Assembly (NCBI GenBank): GCA_976551045.1
Contig: CDPCPM010000026.1
Location: forward strand, 13,764,001 to 13,828,000
Length of the DNA stretch: 64,000 bases
DNA from: Glaucostegus cemiculus
Lineage: Eukaryota
Direction: 5' to 3'
Within the stretch, counting starts at the first letter, position 1, and every line of letters begins with the position of its first letter. Shown here one piece after another: positions 51,731-64,000 of the stretch. Below the pieces are notes generated by a model. The model was not told where the DNA came from. It did not search any database and saw only the letters and a list, made by a program, of their open reading frames with translations. Both the position numbers and the translations under genes were made by a program.

Positions 51731-54700
51731 TGGTAGTTAAATCTCTCCTGAATGCAGCTGATCACTCACAACCTTCAGACCTAAACTCACACACACAGAC
51801 CCCTACCCCATGATGGCCAGCAGACCTTAACCTTTGCTTCTGGGTCATACCTTAACCCTTTTCAGCAAGTGATAACACACCATGACAGGGGCAATTCACA
51901 AAGGTTCCATGTATCCACTTCCACTGAAGGCATACTCAGTGACAATAATTCAGCTGTGCCGCATTGTCAGTACAACACTTTGATATGAATAAGGTCACAG
52001 CCACCACTGATTTAGGAAATCTTTGCTCTTTCGAAGGCCAGAGATAAGAGTGTGGCATCCTGAGCCATCTTAGAGGGATAGTGCCTGGTGATGTGAAGCC
52101 TTCTTCATCTTTCTGAGGGTCTGTATACATACCTCACCCTACTTCAGATGCCTATCTTGCAACTTCAACTTGTGCACAACAGTCAGCAGGACTCTTCACA
52201 GGAGTGGCTTCAATGCAGCGGTAAGAAGTGTCAGTCACAGTGGAAACCTACAGCAGTCTACTGAAGTGCCAACCAGCCTTCAGAGTTCCCTACAGCAGAA
52301 GCAAATGGGTGAACAGCCCTCTAAAGAGTAGAGATGCAGTGAATGGAACTTAATGAAAACCTGGCTCACTGTGACTGGCCGACCAATTTTCTGAGTCAGG
52401 AAAACATGACCTAATTTCAGCTGCCAATGTTCCAGATAAGTATTTCAAAGAATGACATCACACTGGAGGGCATCCTACGCACCAAACATCTGATGTCTGC
52501 TGGCTTGTACTGAGACTGGAAGTGCCAGGTTGAATTTCCTGAACTGTATGACACTTGCAGTGTGATTGCATTTTCACACTTCATACACAAATATTGAACT
52601 GCAATCATGTGGGCTTAAAAACACAGCACTGTATCATCCAGTTTCCAGGCAGTAGACTTTTGGGTGAGTGTTTGAATGAGAGCTCATAAATATTGGCATA
52701 GTATGCTAGGTTATTGAATAGGTTAGGTTAGGGGCCTAGAAATGAGAACCATACTATTTCTCAATATCTGTGCCCTGATGTGACGTGGTAAAATTAATAG
52801 TGACAAAGACTCTGGCATAAACATAGAAAAATTATATTATGTGAAACAATATTTAGTAAGTTCCAGCATTTTGGCAGGCCAATTCGGAAGAGATAATAGA
52901 TCATAAGAATCTTACTGAGGAAGAAAAACACATTTTGAATGGAGGAGCATGTGGATCAGTCAGACTGATTGATATTATCAATTGATAATATAAAGATGAG
53001 AATGTGCTAGAACAAGAAGGAAGACAGATGATAATGAGGAAGGAACATTTTTTGTGGAGCAGTAGCCAAAATGTCCTTAAGTGGGCACAGAAAATTGATC
53101 ATCTACTTATTATGAATATTATTATTGTGCCCCAATTCACACCACTCTAAATGTGTTCCTTGCATATTATGCACTTTGCACCAAAGGTGCTATGATGCTA
53201 CCTAATTGATCTGACCTAGAAATGTGCTTTCATTTGTACATCTGTATTTGGTAACATGTCTCTGACACCTTACTTGTCCTCTCAGGGTTTCTGTAATCAA
53301 TTAGTCCCTGCAACCCTTTCCAATGTGCACTGCTCTTTATAAAAGTGGGTGTAGGTACCAAGCCCTGTCAGCCTAATTTCTGTCATTAAGATAATGTATG
53401 AAAAGAAATCTTCATCCAGGTAGGAGATATTGATATCTAACTTTGCCTTCCTTCCATGTAAAGGATCCTTACACACAGTGCAGCATTAGTGATAATCACT
53501 TGTCTCCAAGTTTCTCTGTTGGAAATAAGGCAAATCAGCTTTCAAAGTTGTGGGAGATACTGATCAAAGGCTGTTTGAGGCAGAAAAAAATCAGTGTAGA
53601 CCAAGTATAGCTCTCGAAATTCAATTGAATTTGGATGCAAGTAAAAGCCTGGTTCTGATACTGTTCTCAATACATGGCAATGAGGTTAAAGCACTGATTA
53701 AATACATCAGAATATACTTCAAGGACTTGAAGGAACACTGGTAGAATGCTTACTTCTCAACTCAAATGCAGAATGTTTAAATCCCAGTAGGATAAGGTTC
53801 AAAAGCAATCATACTGTGGTACCCAGCTGTGGCCTGATATAACTATGATAGGCAGCTGGTGGAAGAGCTTGGAAATGTTTCAATTGCATTCACATTGAAC
53901 TTTATTTAGTCCATGGCTGATTTGCTAATCTTGTTGAACTATTAGTAGGAGAGGCTGAATATCTCAAATGACCTCGTCAGCTGAGCAAGACCACTGAGAA
54001 CCTGTCTGTCAAAATGCCTGGAGCAAAATCATAAGCGATAAAAATCAATTTTGTACAGGTATTATACCATAAATTTATCTTGCAGCCAGAGGTGCAGGAA
54101 TCTGTAATCAAAGGTCCAAGGAACATATGCTGAGATGTAATAGTTAAAGAAGCTGCAGAGAGTGAGTGAGATAGGGCCTGAGAGGATCCATAAAATTACA
54201 TGATTTTTATTTCAATATTTTTGGGGAAGGGAGCCATTAGAGATCATCAAGGAGGAGCTGATGAATGGGAGTGTGGCATAGGAAAAGACATCAGAATTTG
54301 GGGTGATTTGGAATTTATGAAGGTTGGAGGAGGAGTGAGGAAGTGTGTTTAAGGACTGATCTCCCTGTTGAGTGCTTTGTGAAGTGTTACAGATCTTGGA
54401 GTGTGGAGTCTGTTCATCTGAAAAGATAAAACATCTGGATTGTTGGGTCCAAAGTTTCATGGCAAATGCTCATTGAAAGAGCCAATCCTTTTAGGGAGTA
54501 ACCAGTTGAGGAATCAGCTCTAACAAGTCAAATTAAGGGGGTCCAGGAGATAATAATCATGTCTGAGTGATACAAATCAGACTTGCATGTGTGTGAAAGC
54601 CACATCAAGCATTTTAAGGTAAAGTTGCTCTGTTGGTTCTGCTTTTGGCTAGATTTAAAAAATATATCATGGATAAATGACAAGTATTTCCTATTAAGGA

Positions 54701-57700
54701 TAAATTATTTGATGATGCTTCTATATTCCTGCAAGTGGAAAATCTGTAAGTTAAAACACCTTACATATACTTGAAAACAAAAATGATCAAACTGAATTTT
54801 CTCCATATCGTTTGCAAACTTCATTTAGTAATCAACTTGTATAGTTGTTGATTCTCCTATATTACTATCAATAATTTATTCTTCTGATACTAGTGTTTCT
54901 AGTGCTGAGACTCTTGGAGGGATATTAGTTGCACATAATGATTATATACTAATATTACATATGTGTTTTTAAGGAACTTATAGCAAATTCAAATATTGTG
55001 ATTCTTAATGCACTTTAACTAAAATGTGAAAGCTGATTGTGTTAAAAGCAAGAGAACACTTTTCCCAGTTACTGCTTAACTGATACCAGATTGTGATAAT
55101 TTTTGGTGACTGACTTAGCAGGCAGTAGAACAAAGTCACTAATAACCACAGAGCTTTGAAACAGAAAAAAATATTGTTTTGAAAAATTGTTTTTGAAAGA
55201 ATATTAATTGAAGTTTTCAACAAAAAATTGGGAGAAATAGTTGTGTCATTTGAATGTGTTGTAAATTAGTCTAGTCATAAATTACTTTTGTTCTGTTTCT
55301 CTCTCCACTCGTCCTAATGGTTCTTACTGACATAGAGTACATATTGCACAATCAACTCTCCATCACTTTACTCAAGTGGGAAATTGTCTTGTATGGTTAT
55401 TGAAACGATGGGTTTCTTTGGGGTGTGAAACTGGCAGTAGATTGGCTACACATTATAGCCCCCACCTGACTGTCCTTTCCTTTAAAGGGAAATCAGGAAT
55501 ATCATATAATAGGCAGGGGATTTCTTACTCCCCTTTTTTATTACTCCACTGAAAGTTCCATGTTAAGTGCAGCAAATTATTTAAGTGGATGACACACAAC
55601 TGAATCCAATTCCATTTTCACCACACCATTTGTGGTTAGTTAAACAACTATTAAGGTGAGGAAACATACCTCATTTTGCATCCCATCCCCATTTCAACAC
55701 CTCATTTCCCCAGGAGTTGCAACTCCCTTGCTCCTGAGAATATCACACAAAAAAAATTCAATGAATTTGAAACCTTCCTTATTTGTATAACTTGGTACCA
55801 TCAAGCAATTGAGCCTCTATTAATATTAGCAACCACACATTTGAATTCATGCTGTATTATTATATTTCTAGGATTGACTCACCATGGCAGCTGAGTCAAG
55901 TGGGATTAGGAAATGGGAACAAATGCTTGATAAGAAATTGTGACAAAGGGATAAGGAGTGTAAAATAGGATTATAATGTGGGTGGAAAAGATGAAGAAAA
56001 ATCAGAGGCTGGAAAGCAATGAGGGAAAGAAGGCTAAAATTCCAGAAGAAAGTTTAGATTGCATGCTGTTTGGGACTGGTAGGCTGGGAGAGGAAATGGG
56101 CAAAATTACAATGGGATTATGGGCTCGTCTTTCTGTGCCTTGCCTGTTTGAGATCACTCCCTCCATATTTTGTATCTATTCGCCCTGTACTTTTTAATCT
56201 ATCAATTGACTCACTTTATTTTTCCCTGTGCTATTCATTTCTACTTTTTTTTTTAAATATCTTACAAATCCCCAGAATTTTTCTTGTGCATGGAACCTGT
56301 GGTTCAATAATTTCTCTCTTCTGAGTCTGGTTTCTCTCTCTGGCTCTCCTTGTCTGTCTGATGTACGTGGTTCTAATTTTAAGGATATTAACCTCTTTCA
56401 CCAGATTTCTTTTGGTGGTTTATTGGAAATAGTGGGTGATGTGACCTGACAGTTTGAGTGCCCAAAGACTGCCAATTCCACTGTAAGAGCAGAAACTGCA
56501 AAGACAGGGGTTACCCATCAAACTATAGAAAGCAAAGGGTCTCAGAAATGTGGGGTAGAACAAGTATTCTCTGTTCAAAAAATAGGGAGGAGTAAAGGCA
56601 GGAATGGAACAAAGTAGTGAGTCATGTTTCAAACCATAAGAAGAACTGCTACAGCAAAGTCTAAGTTAATAAAAGCAATTGATCAAGTTGGTTGAAAAAT
56701 AAAATGTAGAAACTTCCAATTTATCGTGATGGAAGTTTGATAGCACAAGGACTCCAACATGTAGAATACTCTGTAAAACAGTGTGTTATATGACACTGGG
56801 CACTACCTGACTGATACGTTAAGGAAACATGACAGCATGACACCAACTACAGGTAGGAAAATAACTACAAAAACTGCCCCATTTTTATAATAAAATTCCA
56901 AATAATTATTAGGTAGAATTTATATCCTAGTGGGGCTTTATGATCACAATCACTACCTTCAAATCACCAGAAGATCTTCCACAAAAAGAGTTTTCCAAGT
57001 TTCAACTGAAAGGTTCCTGAGACTTGGGAAGAGGTCATGAGGAAGAGAAACAATTGGAAAATGTGTTCATTATGACAAACATTATTTTGCTGTACTTTAT
57101 TTATAAAATATATGTAAGGGAAAGAAATTCCATTGTGCTGCAACAGGCTACAATGAGATATTTTCAGGTCCATAAAACAGGAGTCTGATATTCAGGACAT
57201 CTGTCATGATTGTGCCAGAGGTGCATTGCAATGTAATTAGATGAAAATTTGGAAAACTGTATTCTTCAGCATTGACATCTCATGTCTAATTGAACAAAAA
57301 TGTGTTTAACATATTTGCACTGAAAAACATTAATAAAGCAAAACTAAAGTTCATTTTATGACATATTGTCAAAATGTGAAGGAAATCCCTGTAAGATGTG
57401 ACACTACAAAAGGTCATTTTACCCATCAGAAAAGCAGATCAGCAGCTTCTGGGTTGTAATGGTACTTATACCTTGACAATTATGTTGTTGGAAAAAATAA
57501 ACAAAACCTTGTATTGACAATACTGAAGACAAAAATCTTAAATTAAAGCTCATAACATTTAAAAGTCCTGTTCTCAATAACTCTGTATTTACAAGTAAAG
57601 GAATTCCTACAGCATATTTTGATTGTTTACAGAATTAGCTAATGACAGAATAATGTTTACTGAATCCGTTGTGATTTTCTGATTAATTGCTTTAACAGAA

Positions 57701-58539
57701 TACAATTGATATTAAAACCTCAATGAGATTTTCATGTAAAGTAACATGGCAATGATAAAACTGATAACTTTACCAGAGATAAGTAGGTTCTGTGTCTATG
57801 AGTAGAATATACCTGATAGTCATGAAGAGTTATCCAAGTTATTGATTGTGGAAGTCCTAACCACTTGAATCCACTTCCCAAGCCACTGTAGCATTCTGTC
57901 TCAATGCTTTTATATGAAGATGGGATAAAAAGAACTGTCATAGAACTTCACTAATATGGACCGTTTGATCCCTATGAGTAATGTGAAGGCAATTATCGGA
58001 TTGAAGGATTCAGATAACAGTTCCAGAAACTTGGAACCAACAACAAAATGGCTCGGGTTTGCCACAGAGTACCAGAATGAGGATTATAACTCTGAAACGA
58101 TTCCAAGCTATATATTATTTTTTACATTGAATTCTGTAAACTTAATGTTGCTCTCAGTGAAAGATGCTCTCATCAGCAGTCAATTATCAGTTGATGATGA
58201 AGCATGGATCATTCTACCTCCTGAGGCAAGACAATTTAGTATGAGACCTAGGCTTGTGGGTTTAGGCCTGAAAAAAGACAATGAACAAATGTTTACGTAT
58301 AACAATTCTACATGATGATCCTTGCACATCATTATCAAAATCAAATAGACAAAATATTCAGACATTACAAGGAATTCAATATATGAACTAATCAATGCTG
58401 TTTGATTTGGAGAATATGGTTACTGTGGTACCTTTCTCTGATTTACAATTAATGTGCGAATTTATTGCAGCTGTCAGTCGTATGCTTTTTCTCATCACTT
58501 TGTGATTTTGCTTAAAATTTGTCTGTTCAGCAATGAAGT

Positions 58540-58910
58540 TCTACATTTATAAAGGACCTTTCAGCATGTTCCAAGGTACTTTAAGGCCAATGCAGTCCTT
58601 ATATATTTAAACAATGCCTACAAATTTAAATATTTAAAAAAATACAGCCATTTGGCGCACAACCAGCTACGCAGACAGAAATGTGATGATGGGCAGCTAA
58701 TCTGTTTTGGATATGTTACTTAAAGGATAAAAATGCCTCAAGGCACTGAGGTGAAGTAGGATTCATAGACCTGAGTTTGGGGGTTAATGTCTCATCAAGA
58801 TGGCACCTCTGACAGTGCTTCAATCTTCGCCCAAGGCTTTCGTGTTTGTATGCTTGATGGAGCCTTCTAATTCAGAGTCTAGATTGCTACCAACTGACCC
58901 ATAGTTGATA
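58540..58910 (-). mobile_element. DeuSINE (SacSINE1-like)
   Basis: ttaatgtctcatcaagatggcacctctgacagtgc (reverse Deu core), ccttctaattcagag head and tacatttataaaggaccttt tail. Confidence 0.7.
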
Positions 58911-61900
58911 GATAAAACTGTTGTTCCTCATTCAAGTTAAGTAACCACACAGGAGGTTTACTGACATATGTAAGTCATAATGGGCATATGGAAGTAATCT
59001 TATCAAGGAGTACAAATAATGTTATAGACTACTTTAGGGTTTAAGCATAATCATCAACACCATATATGTTTCCACTGTTCCTATTTTAACAGGGACATGC
59101 GTTTATTTTCTGTAAAATGTAGGACTCGGAGCCTGGGTTGAGTTAAAACAGCCCATGAAAAGTTTGTGATAATACATTATAGGTTCGGGGCCTCAGCATA
59201 TTGCTGGTGAGCCCTTGTTGAACCCACTGTCCCCACAGGATTTCTGCTTCGAGTGGGGGTGGGCTGCTGTTGTGCCTGGCATAGGTGATTCTCCATTATT
59301 GGAATGAGCTAATCCAAAATCATTAATAAATGCCACTTTCACTTATGGCTGGTCTCCACAGAATTTCATGACCTTTTGTTTTCACATTAGATTCTTTCCT
59401 GTTTTTCTCCATTTCTGCTTGATTTGTGTCTCTCCAGGAATTCAGTGTCCAGAGAATAACAGATGTTCTCTTCCTTCATGGCACAGGGCATTAGTGCACT
59501 AGTGTGCTGGTTAGTGCCAGGTATTGTTTTATTTTAAATGCTTTTATTTTCTTTAATTGTGCTACTGTACACTGAACCCATCTGTTTCAGCATCTCACCA
59601 TCCTGTTTCTTGGCCAAATTCTGACAATCAGTTAGCTGCATGATGTCTGGTAAATAGGATCAAGCTGGCTGTAGGTAGTTGGGAAAGTGCTGCTGCTGTC
59701 CTTGTCAGCTGTCAGCATTGGAAATGGCAGCCTCCTCAGGTGATAAGGGACACTTAGTTCTGTACCTGTAGTAACAGTGTTTACTTCAAATCTCCCACCA
59801 GTAACCATGCTGCCAGGGAGCTTTGATTATGGTTGCAGCCAAACTTGCTGTTGCCCGTTCTTGTTCCATGTTTCCATGTCCCTTCAAGGATTCTGTGGTT
59901 GTTTTAACTTTAATCACAGGGTAAAAGACTTGTGCTTAAGAATCAGCAGCCTGTGTCATACAGTTTGTGATTTTGGCCTCAGTGGTACAATAAATTGGGT
60001 AAAGTATAGAATGGGTATTGATTTTATTAAAATTTATTGCAAGTGAAAAATGGTTAAAATTATCTCCTCTCAAGATACCTTAATGATATTGTCATGGATA
60101 TCCTCCAAATAATAATCAGTACAATTATTGTTTTCATCTGTGTTACTGAATTACCATCCAGTTTCATTGTTCACACCATTTAGCTATGGTAACTAACCCA
60201 GACCATCTGGAACAAAAACCCCAGTGCTAATCACGGCTAAGAATGTTTACATTTACCTCAGCCTTGCCTAATCCCTATCACTACTGAAATACTGACTCTT
60301 ACCCCATGCTGCTGCTTCACTCCAGTGCTTGATTCTTCTGTGTGTTAGTCTTCAATCCAATCTTGATGGGGAAAGACCTTTGCTACTTTTTGGTTGTGAA
60401 AACATGTTTGCCTCTTAACCATTAATTTTGTCACTAGTTTAATATTACATTATTGTTCAGTGATCACCTTCCTTGTTTAGCTCTCATAATTAGAGGAAGC
60501 TTAAAGTTTCATATAAACTTGCCGAATAAAGAGGGTGACATTCGCCTGGCAATTCCTCTATCCTGCAGGAAAACTGGAGACAAGGATAATGCACGCCCAA
60601 GCCTAAACCTAAGCAACAAGGAGGTCAGGTCTTTAAAGTCTGCCTCAATTGGTTGGGGTGCCTGTGTTGTTTCTACTTCTTTAAAAGTTGTGAATTCCTT
60701 GGGAGTTTCACCTGCTAGTTGTTAATTACTTAAGTGAAAGATAAACTCTGTAAAAAGCCTTGGAAAATGGAATCATTTTTACACTTCTGTGAAAATTCTG
60801 ATTGCCTAGTGGAAGAGCTGCTGAGGAAATTTGACCTCCCATTTTTCTGTCCCAGGATCTAGTTCAATTGTGTGAGACAATATACAAAGCTAAAGCAGCA
60901 CAGGGAAACTTTTCTTCTGCAAAAAAGCCAGTAAAGCCTTTAACTTTTATGTAATGGCTCCTTTCACAGTGCATTAGGTGATACATGGCAGCACAACTAA
61001 TCTTCAAATACCATTGCATATGTCAGGTTACTATTTGCTAACAGAATGACTATCAAACATTTGAACTGAAAGCCTCCAGTATCGGGAAAGGGCTGCCAAC
61101 CATCTTTTAGGATGGCTGGATTCCCAAGAGTACAAGCTTCAATAATTATTTCTCATGTAGCCACATGAGCTTCTTTCACTTGTACAATGGGATTTATATA
61201 GGTTTTATGAATGGGAAGAATTATTTTCAATAAACATACTGGTTCTTTGTGACCATCTGTGCCACATCATGAAAGTTGCCAATAGAAAAGGGGAAGATAG
61301 TTTCCCAGCTGGACTGTAACAGCGAGCGGCCATAGCAATTCATTTAATGGCTGAACTTGCACTAATACAATGAATCGATGCTTTTGATCTACATTTGAGT
61401 ACAAAGGATGACTCGTGTGTTGCTAGATACATTTTTTTTAAATGTAGGTTCAAAATTGACAGTTATTTAATCTTTGCAGATCCATTTCCATCTTCACAAA
61501 AGGTTAGAGAAATATTTCTCTTGCCTGACAAAGCAAATCTTCTCTGCAGCTAAACTGTTCACAAGTTTACTCAGTTTTGGATCTCTTGATGTTGATATCC
61601 ATTGTTGGCAAGGCAGATCATGGCACAAATATTGTCAGTCCTTAAAGGTATGTGGAATTTTGCATATTTATATAAAAGATTTCCAAAATAAAACTGAAGC
61701 TTGGGGCAGTTTGTTTTCCTCATCCCAAGGACTTGTGGATCTTTTAGCATTTTTAAAGCTGCTTGTTATACTTACATGACTAAATAATGTGGTACATCCC
61801 TCTTTTTTTTTCCAAACTGCATTAAGTAGTATTTGAAGGGACCAGTAATGTAGCATAGAAGACATTGAACATGATAACTACCACTATCATTCTGCTACAC

Positions 61901-62075
61901 GATAAATTGAAACTTCTGAACTTGCCTATGTTTCAGGAATCTTTTGAGGTGCTACATTGACCTACAAAATTCTAATATCGTAATGTGGCAAGTCCTTAAC
62001 TACTTAAATTCTGCTGTGGGAAGGTGCTGAGCAGAAATCGTGTATCTTCCCACTGGGAGGGGCAGGAAAGTCCAA

Positions 62076-62175
62076 AATAAAAATAGTAAGTGCTGGAAGT
62101 GCCCAGTAGGTCGGGCAGCATTTCTGGAAAGAAAAGTACAGTTCATGTTTCAGGTCAATGACCTTTACATCAAAG
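62076..62175 (-). mobile_element. Penelope-like terminal repeat fragment
   Basis: tgctggaagtgcccagtaggtcgggcagcat...tttcaggtcaatgacctttacatca; perfect stem II aggtca/tgacct. Confidence 0.75.
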
Positions 62176-62677
62176 GAAGAGTCCTCCTTGTATCACAAGG
62201 ACAGCTACTATATACGTAAATAATTATGTATCTTTATTCTTCATCAGAACATATGTTTTATGAAAATCCAAAGAAAGAATCGAATAGCATTTTCACAAAT
62301 GTTAAACAAATCACATTCTAAGTGATGAAAGCCTGTACTTTAGTGCCACTGACCTTGCTTTGACAGAGCTGAAGACAATTTCAAAGGAAATGGACTCGAG
62401 TATCAATTTGTATATTAATTTTATACTTGGCTAATGGATGAATAAAGTGAAAACTGAAATGTACATTTTTGCTCTCTGGTTTAAAATACTCTGAGGAAGT
62501 GTAAAATTAACCATAAAAAGTCTAAAGCTTTTCTGAACACTACTTTAATCCCATTGTGTAGCATGAGATGCATTTCCTACAATGTGATGGCTCTATCTTC
62601 TACTACAGCCATTCCTGCAATTCTATGCAAAAGTTATCCTGGGCTATTTAGTCAACAGAACTTGAGTTTTTGGAACT

Positions 62678-62850
62678 AAAACCAGAAAATGCTGGAAATA
62701 CTCAGTAGGTCAGGCAGCATGTGTGGAGAGAGTATCAGAGTTAATATTTCAGGCCAATGACCTTTCAATAGACCAAAAAGATTCTTTCTCCTGCTGAGTA
62801 TTTTCAGCAATTTCTTTTTTATTCAGATTTCCAACATCTGCAGAGTTTCA
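62678..62850. mobile_element. Fold-back Penelope-like mini-element
   Basis: agaaaatgctggaaatactcagtagg ... cctgctgagtattttcagcaatttct are inverted copies. Confidence 0.75.
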
Positions 62851-62879
62851 CATCTCTCCTCCTAAATGCTATTAAGTAT

Positions 62880-63438
62880 TTTAGAACAATACAAAGGTAG
62901 GATATTCCTCCAAAAGGCAAAGTATCCAAAAATAGAAAAATTGATGACTTAAAATCTTGCTATGGATATGAAAGCTATTTGTACAAGAGTCTGTAAATAT
63001 ATTAACTGGCTGGTAAAGGAAAATGTGGTCAATTAAAGAGAGATGCAGCAAAGACTGTAATGGACAATAGAAAATTGTCAGACTTAATAAATGAGCACTT
63101 ACTATCTACTTTCACAGTGGAAGAAGACAATATACCAGCTGTACAACAGCATAAAAATAAGGAAAATCACTTTATTTTATTTCCTAGATGAAATCTATAA
63201 TGAGAAGTCAAACTAGGGTAAGGCTTTCACAGTGAATGGTCAGGCCCTGGGGATTATTATAGAACAGAGGGACCTAGGAGTACAAATACATAACTCTCTG
63301 AAAGTGGTGTCATAGGTAGACAGGGTGTGAAGGTGTTTGGCATGTTGGCCTTCATCATTCAGGGCATTGAGGAGTTGGGACATTGTGTTGCAGGTGTACA
63401 AGGTGTTTGTGAGGCCACACCTGGAGTATTGTGTACAG
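62880..63438 (+). mobile_element. Decayed CR1 ORF2 fragments
   Basis: FTVNGQALGIIIEQRDLGVQIHNSLKV and KVFGMLAFIIQGIE ... RPHLEYCVQ. Confidence 0.8.
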
Positions 63439-63501
63439 TGAAAAACACTATGATGCTGGAGGAACTCAGCAAGTCAGGCAGCATCCATGGAGAAAAGCAG
63501 G

Positions 63502-63539
63502 CAGTCAATGTTTCAAGTCAGGACCCTCCTTCAGGACTG
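63502..63539 (-). ncRNA. Minimal type-I hammerhead ribozyme motif (degenerate)
   Basis: Minus strand cagtc-CTGAAGG-agggtcctgactt-GAAAC-ATT-gactg: stem I cagtc/gactg, core, stem II, GAAA. Confidence 0.6.
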
Positions 63540-63912
63540 AAGATGAGAAAGGGGGAAGCCTAACATAGGAGGGAAAAGCAGAGAAGTGATAGGTAGACAA
63601 AAGAGGGGATATAGGGTGGACACAAAGTGGTGATAGGTAGATGCAGGTAAGACATAGTGATAGGCAGGTGTGTGGGAGGAGGGGGAGAGCAGATCCAATG
63701 GGGGATGGGCCAAAGGTAAGGAGAGAAAGGAATGAAGATGAGGTTGAGCATGCCAGAGACCGTTAAAGCTATTGAAGAGTTGGAGAGCATGTGTTGTGTC
63801 ACAGATGTAGGTGGGAAGGGATTGGGACAGGATAGTGTCCAGGTACAAGGATATGAACTCTGTGGGGCAAGATGAAGATGAAGTTGTGTGTGTTTTCCCC
63901 CTTTCCTATCTT

Positions 63913-63950
63913 CAGTCCTGAAGAAGGGTCCTGACTCCAAATGTTGACCA
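63913..63950 (+). ncRNA. Minimal type-I hammerhead ribozyme motif (degenerate)
   Basis: cagtc-CTGAAGA-agggtcctgactc-CAAAT-GTT-gacc; the GAAAC core is mutated. Confidence 0.5.
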
Positions 63951-64000
63951 ACTGCTTTTCTCCATGGATGCTGCCTGACCTGCTGAGTTCTTCTGGCATC

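Larger units (their letters stand above)
63440..64000. mobile_element. Penelope-like element with inverted terminal repeats and an RT fragment
   Basis: 63452-63558 and 63893-64000 are reverse complements; the interior minus strand encodes YLDTILSQSLPTYICDTTHALQLFNSF (PLE RT-like). Confidence 0.85.

Noticed and set aside
50330-52450. Additional Harbinger remnants
   Set aside because: Only faint similarity (PYPH-like, KVTA-like); too weak to annotate without a search.
57956-58315. 119-aa ORF, and a minus-strand acceptor-like site near 58268
   Set aside because: No recognisable domain; the minus-strand frame stops after 28 codons and nothing else supports it.

Overview
Eukaryotic, AT-rich, CpG-depleted vertebrate DNA. 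The repeat complement (HER1/CR1-type LINEs, V-SINEs, a DeuSINE, Rex1/Babar LINEs, Penelope-like termini, Harbinger fossils) points to a cartilaginous fish (shark or ray), and the window reads as intronic or intergenic. No host protein-coding gene, rRNA, tRNA gene or CRISPR array can be supported; nearly all listed ORFs are chance ORFs or transposon fragments. Supported content: an ~2.2 kb decayed APE+RT LINE (10230-12440), a young 5'-truncated Rex1/Babar copy with an open 250-aa frame (23399-24350), many CR1 fragments, a decayed Ty3/Gypsy pol with probable PPT and 3' LTR (46400-48240), a probable solo LTR, Harbinger transposase and Myb/SANT relics, and about ten Penelope-like terminal repeats. 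Most interesting observations: (1) minimal type-I hammerhead-ribozyme motifs in the Penelope-like termini; (2) several local templated direct or inverted duplications that interrupt older elements; (3) V-SINEs with the same body but different LINE-derived tails, plus a LINE-SINE chimera; (4) a fossil intron in a Harbinger Myb gene; (5) repeat-free blocks that look like conserved noncoding elements. No evidence for a new multi-gene system was found. Family assignments come from recalled motif similarity, not database searches.
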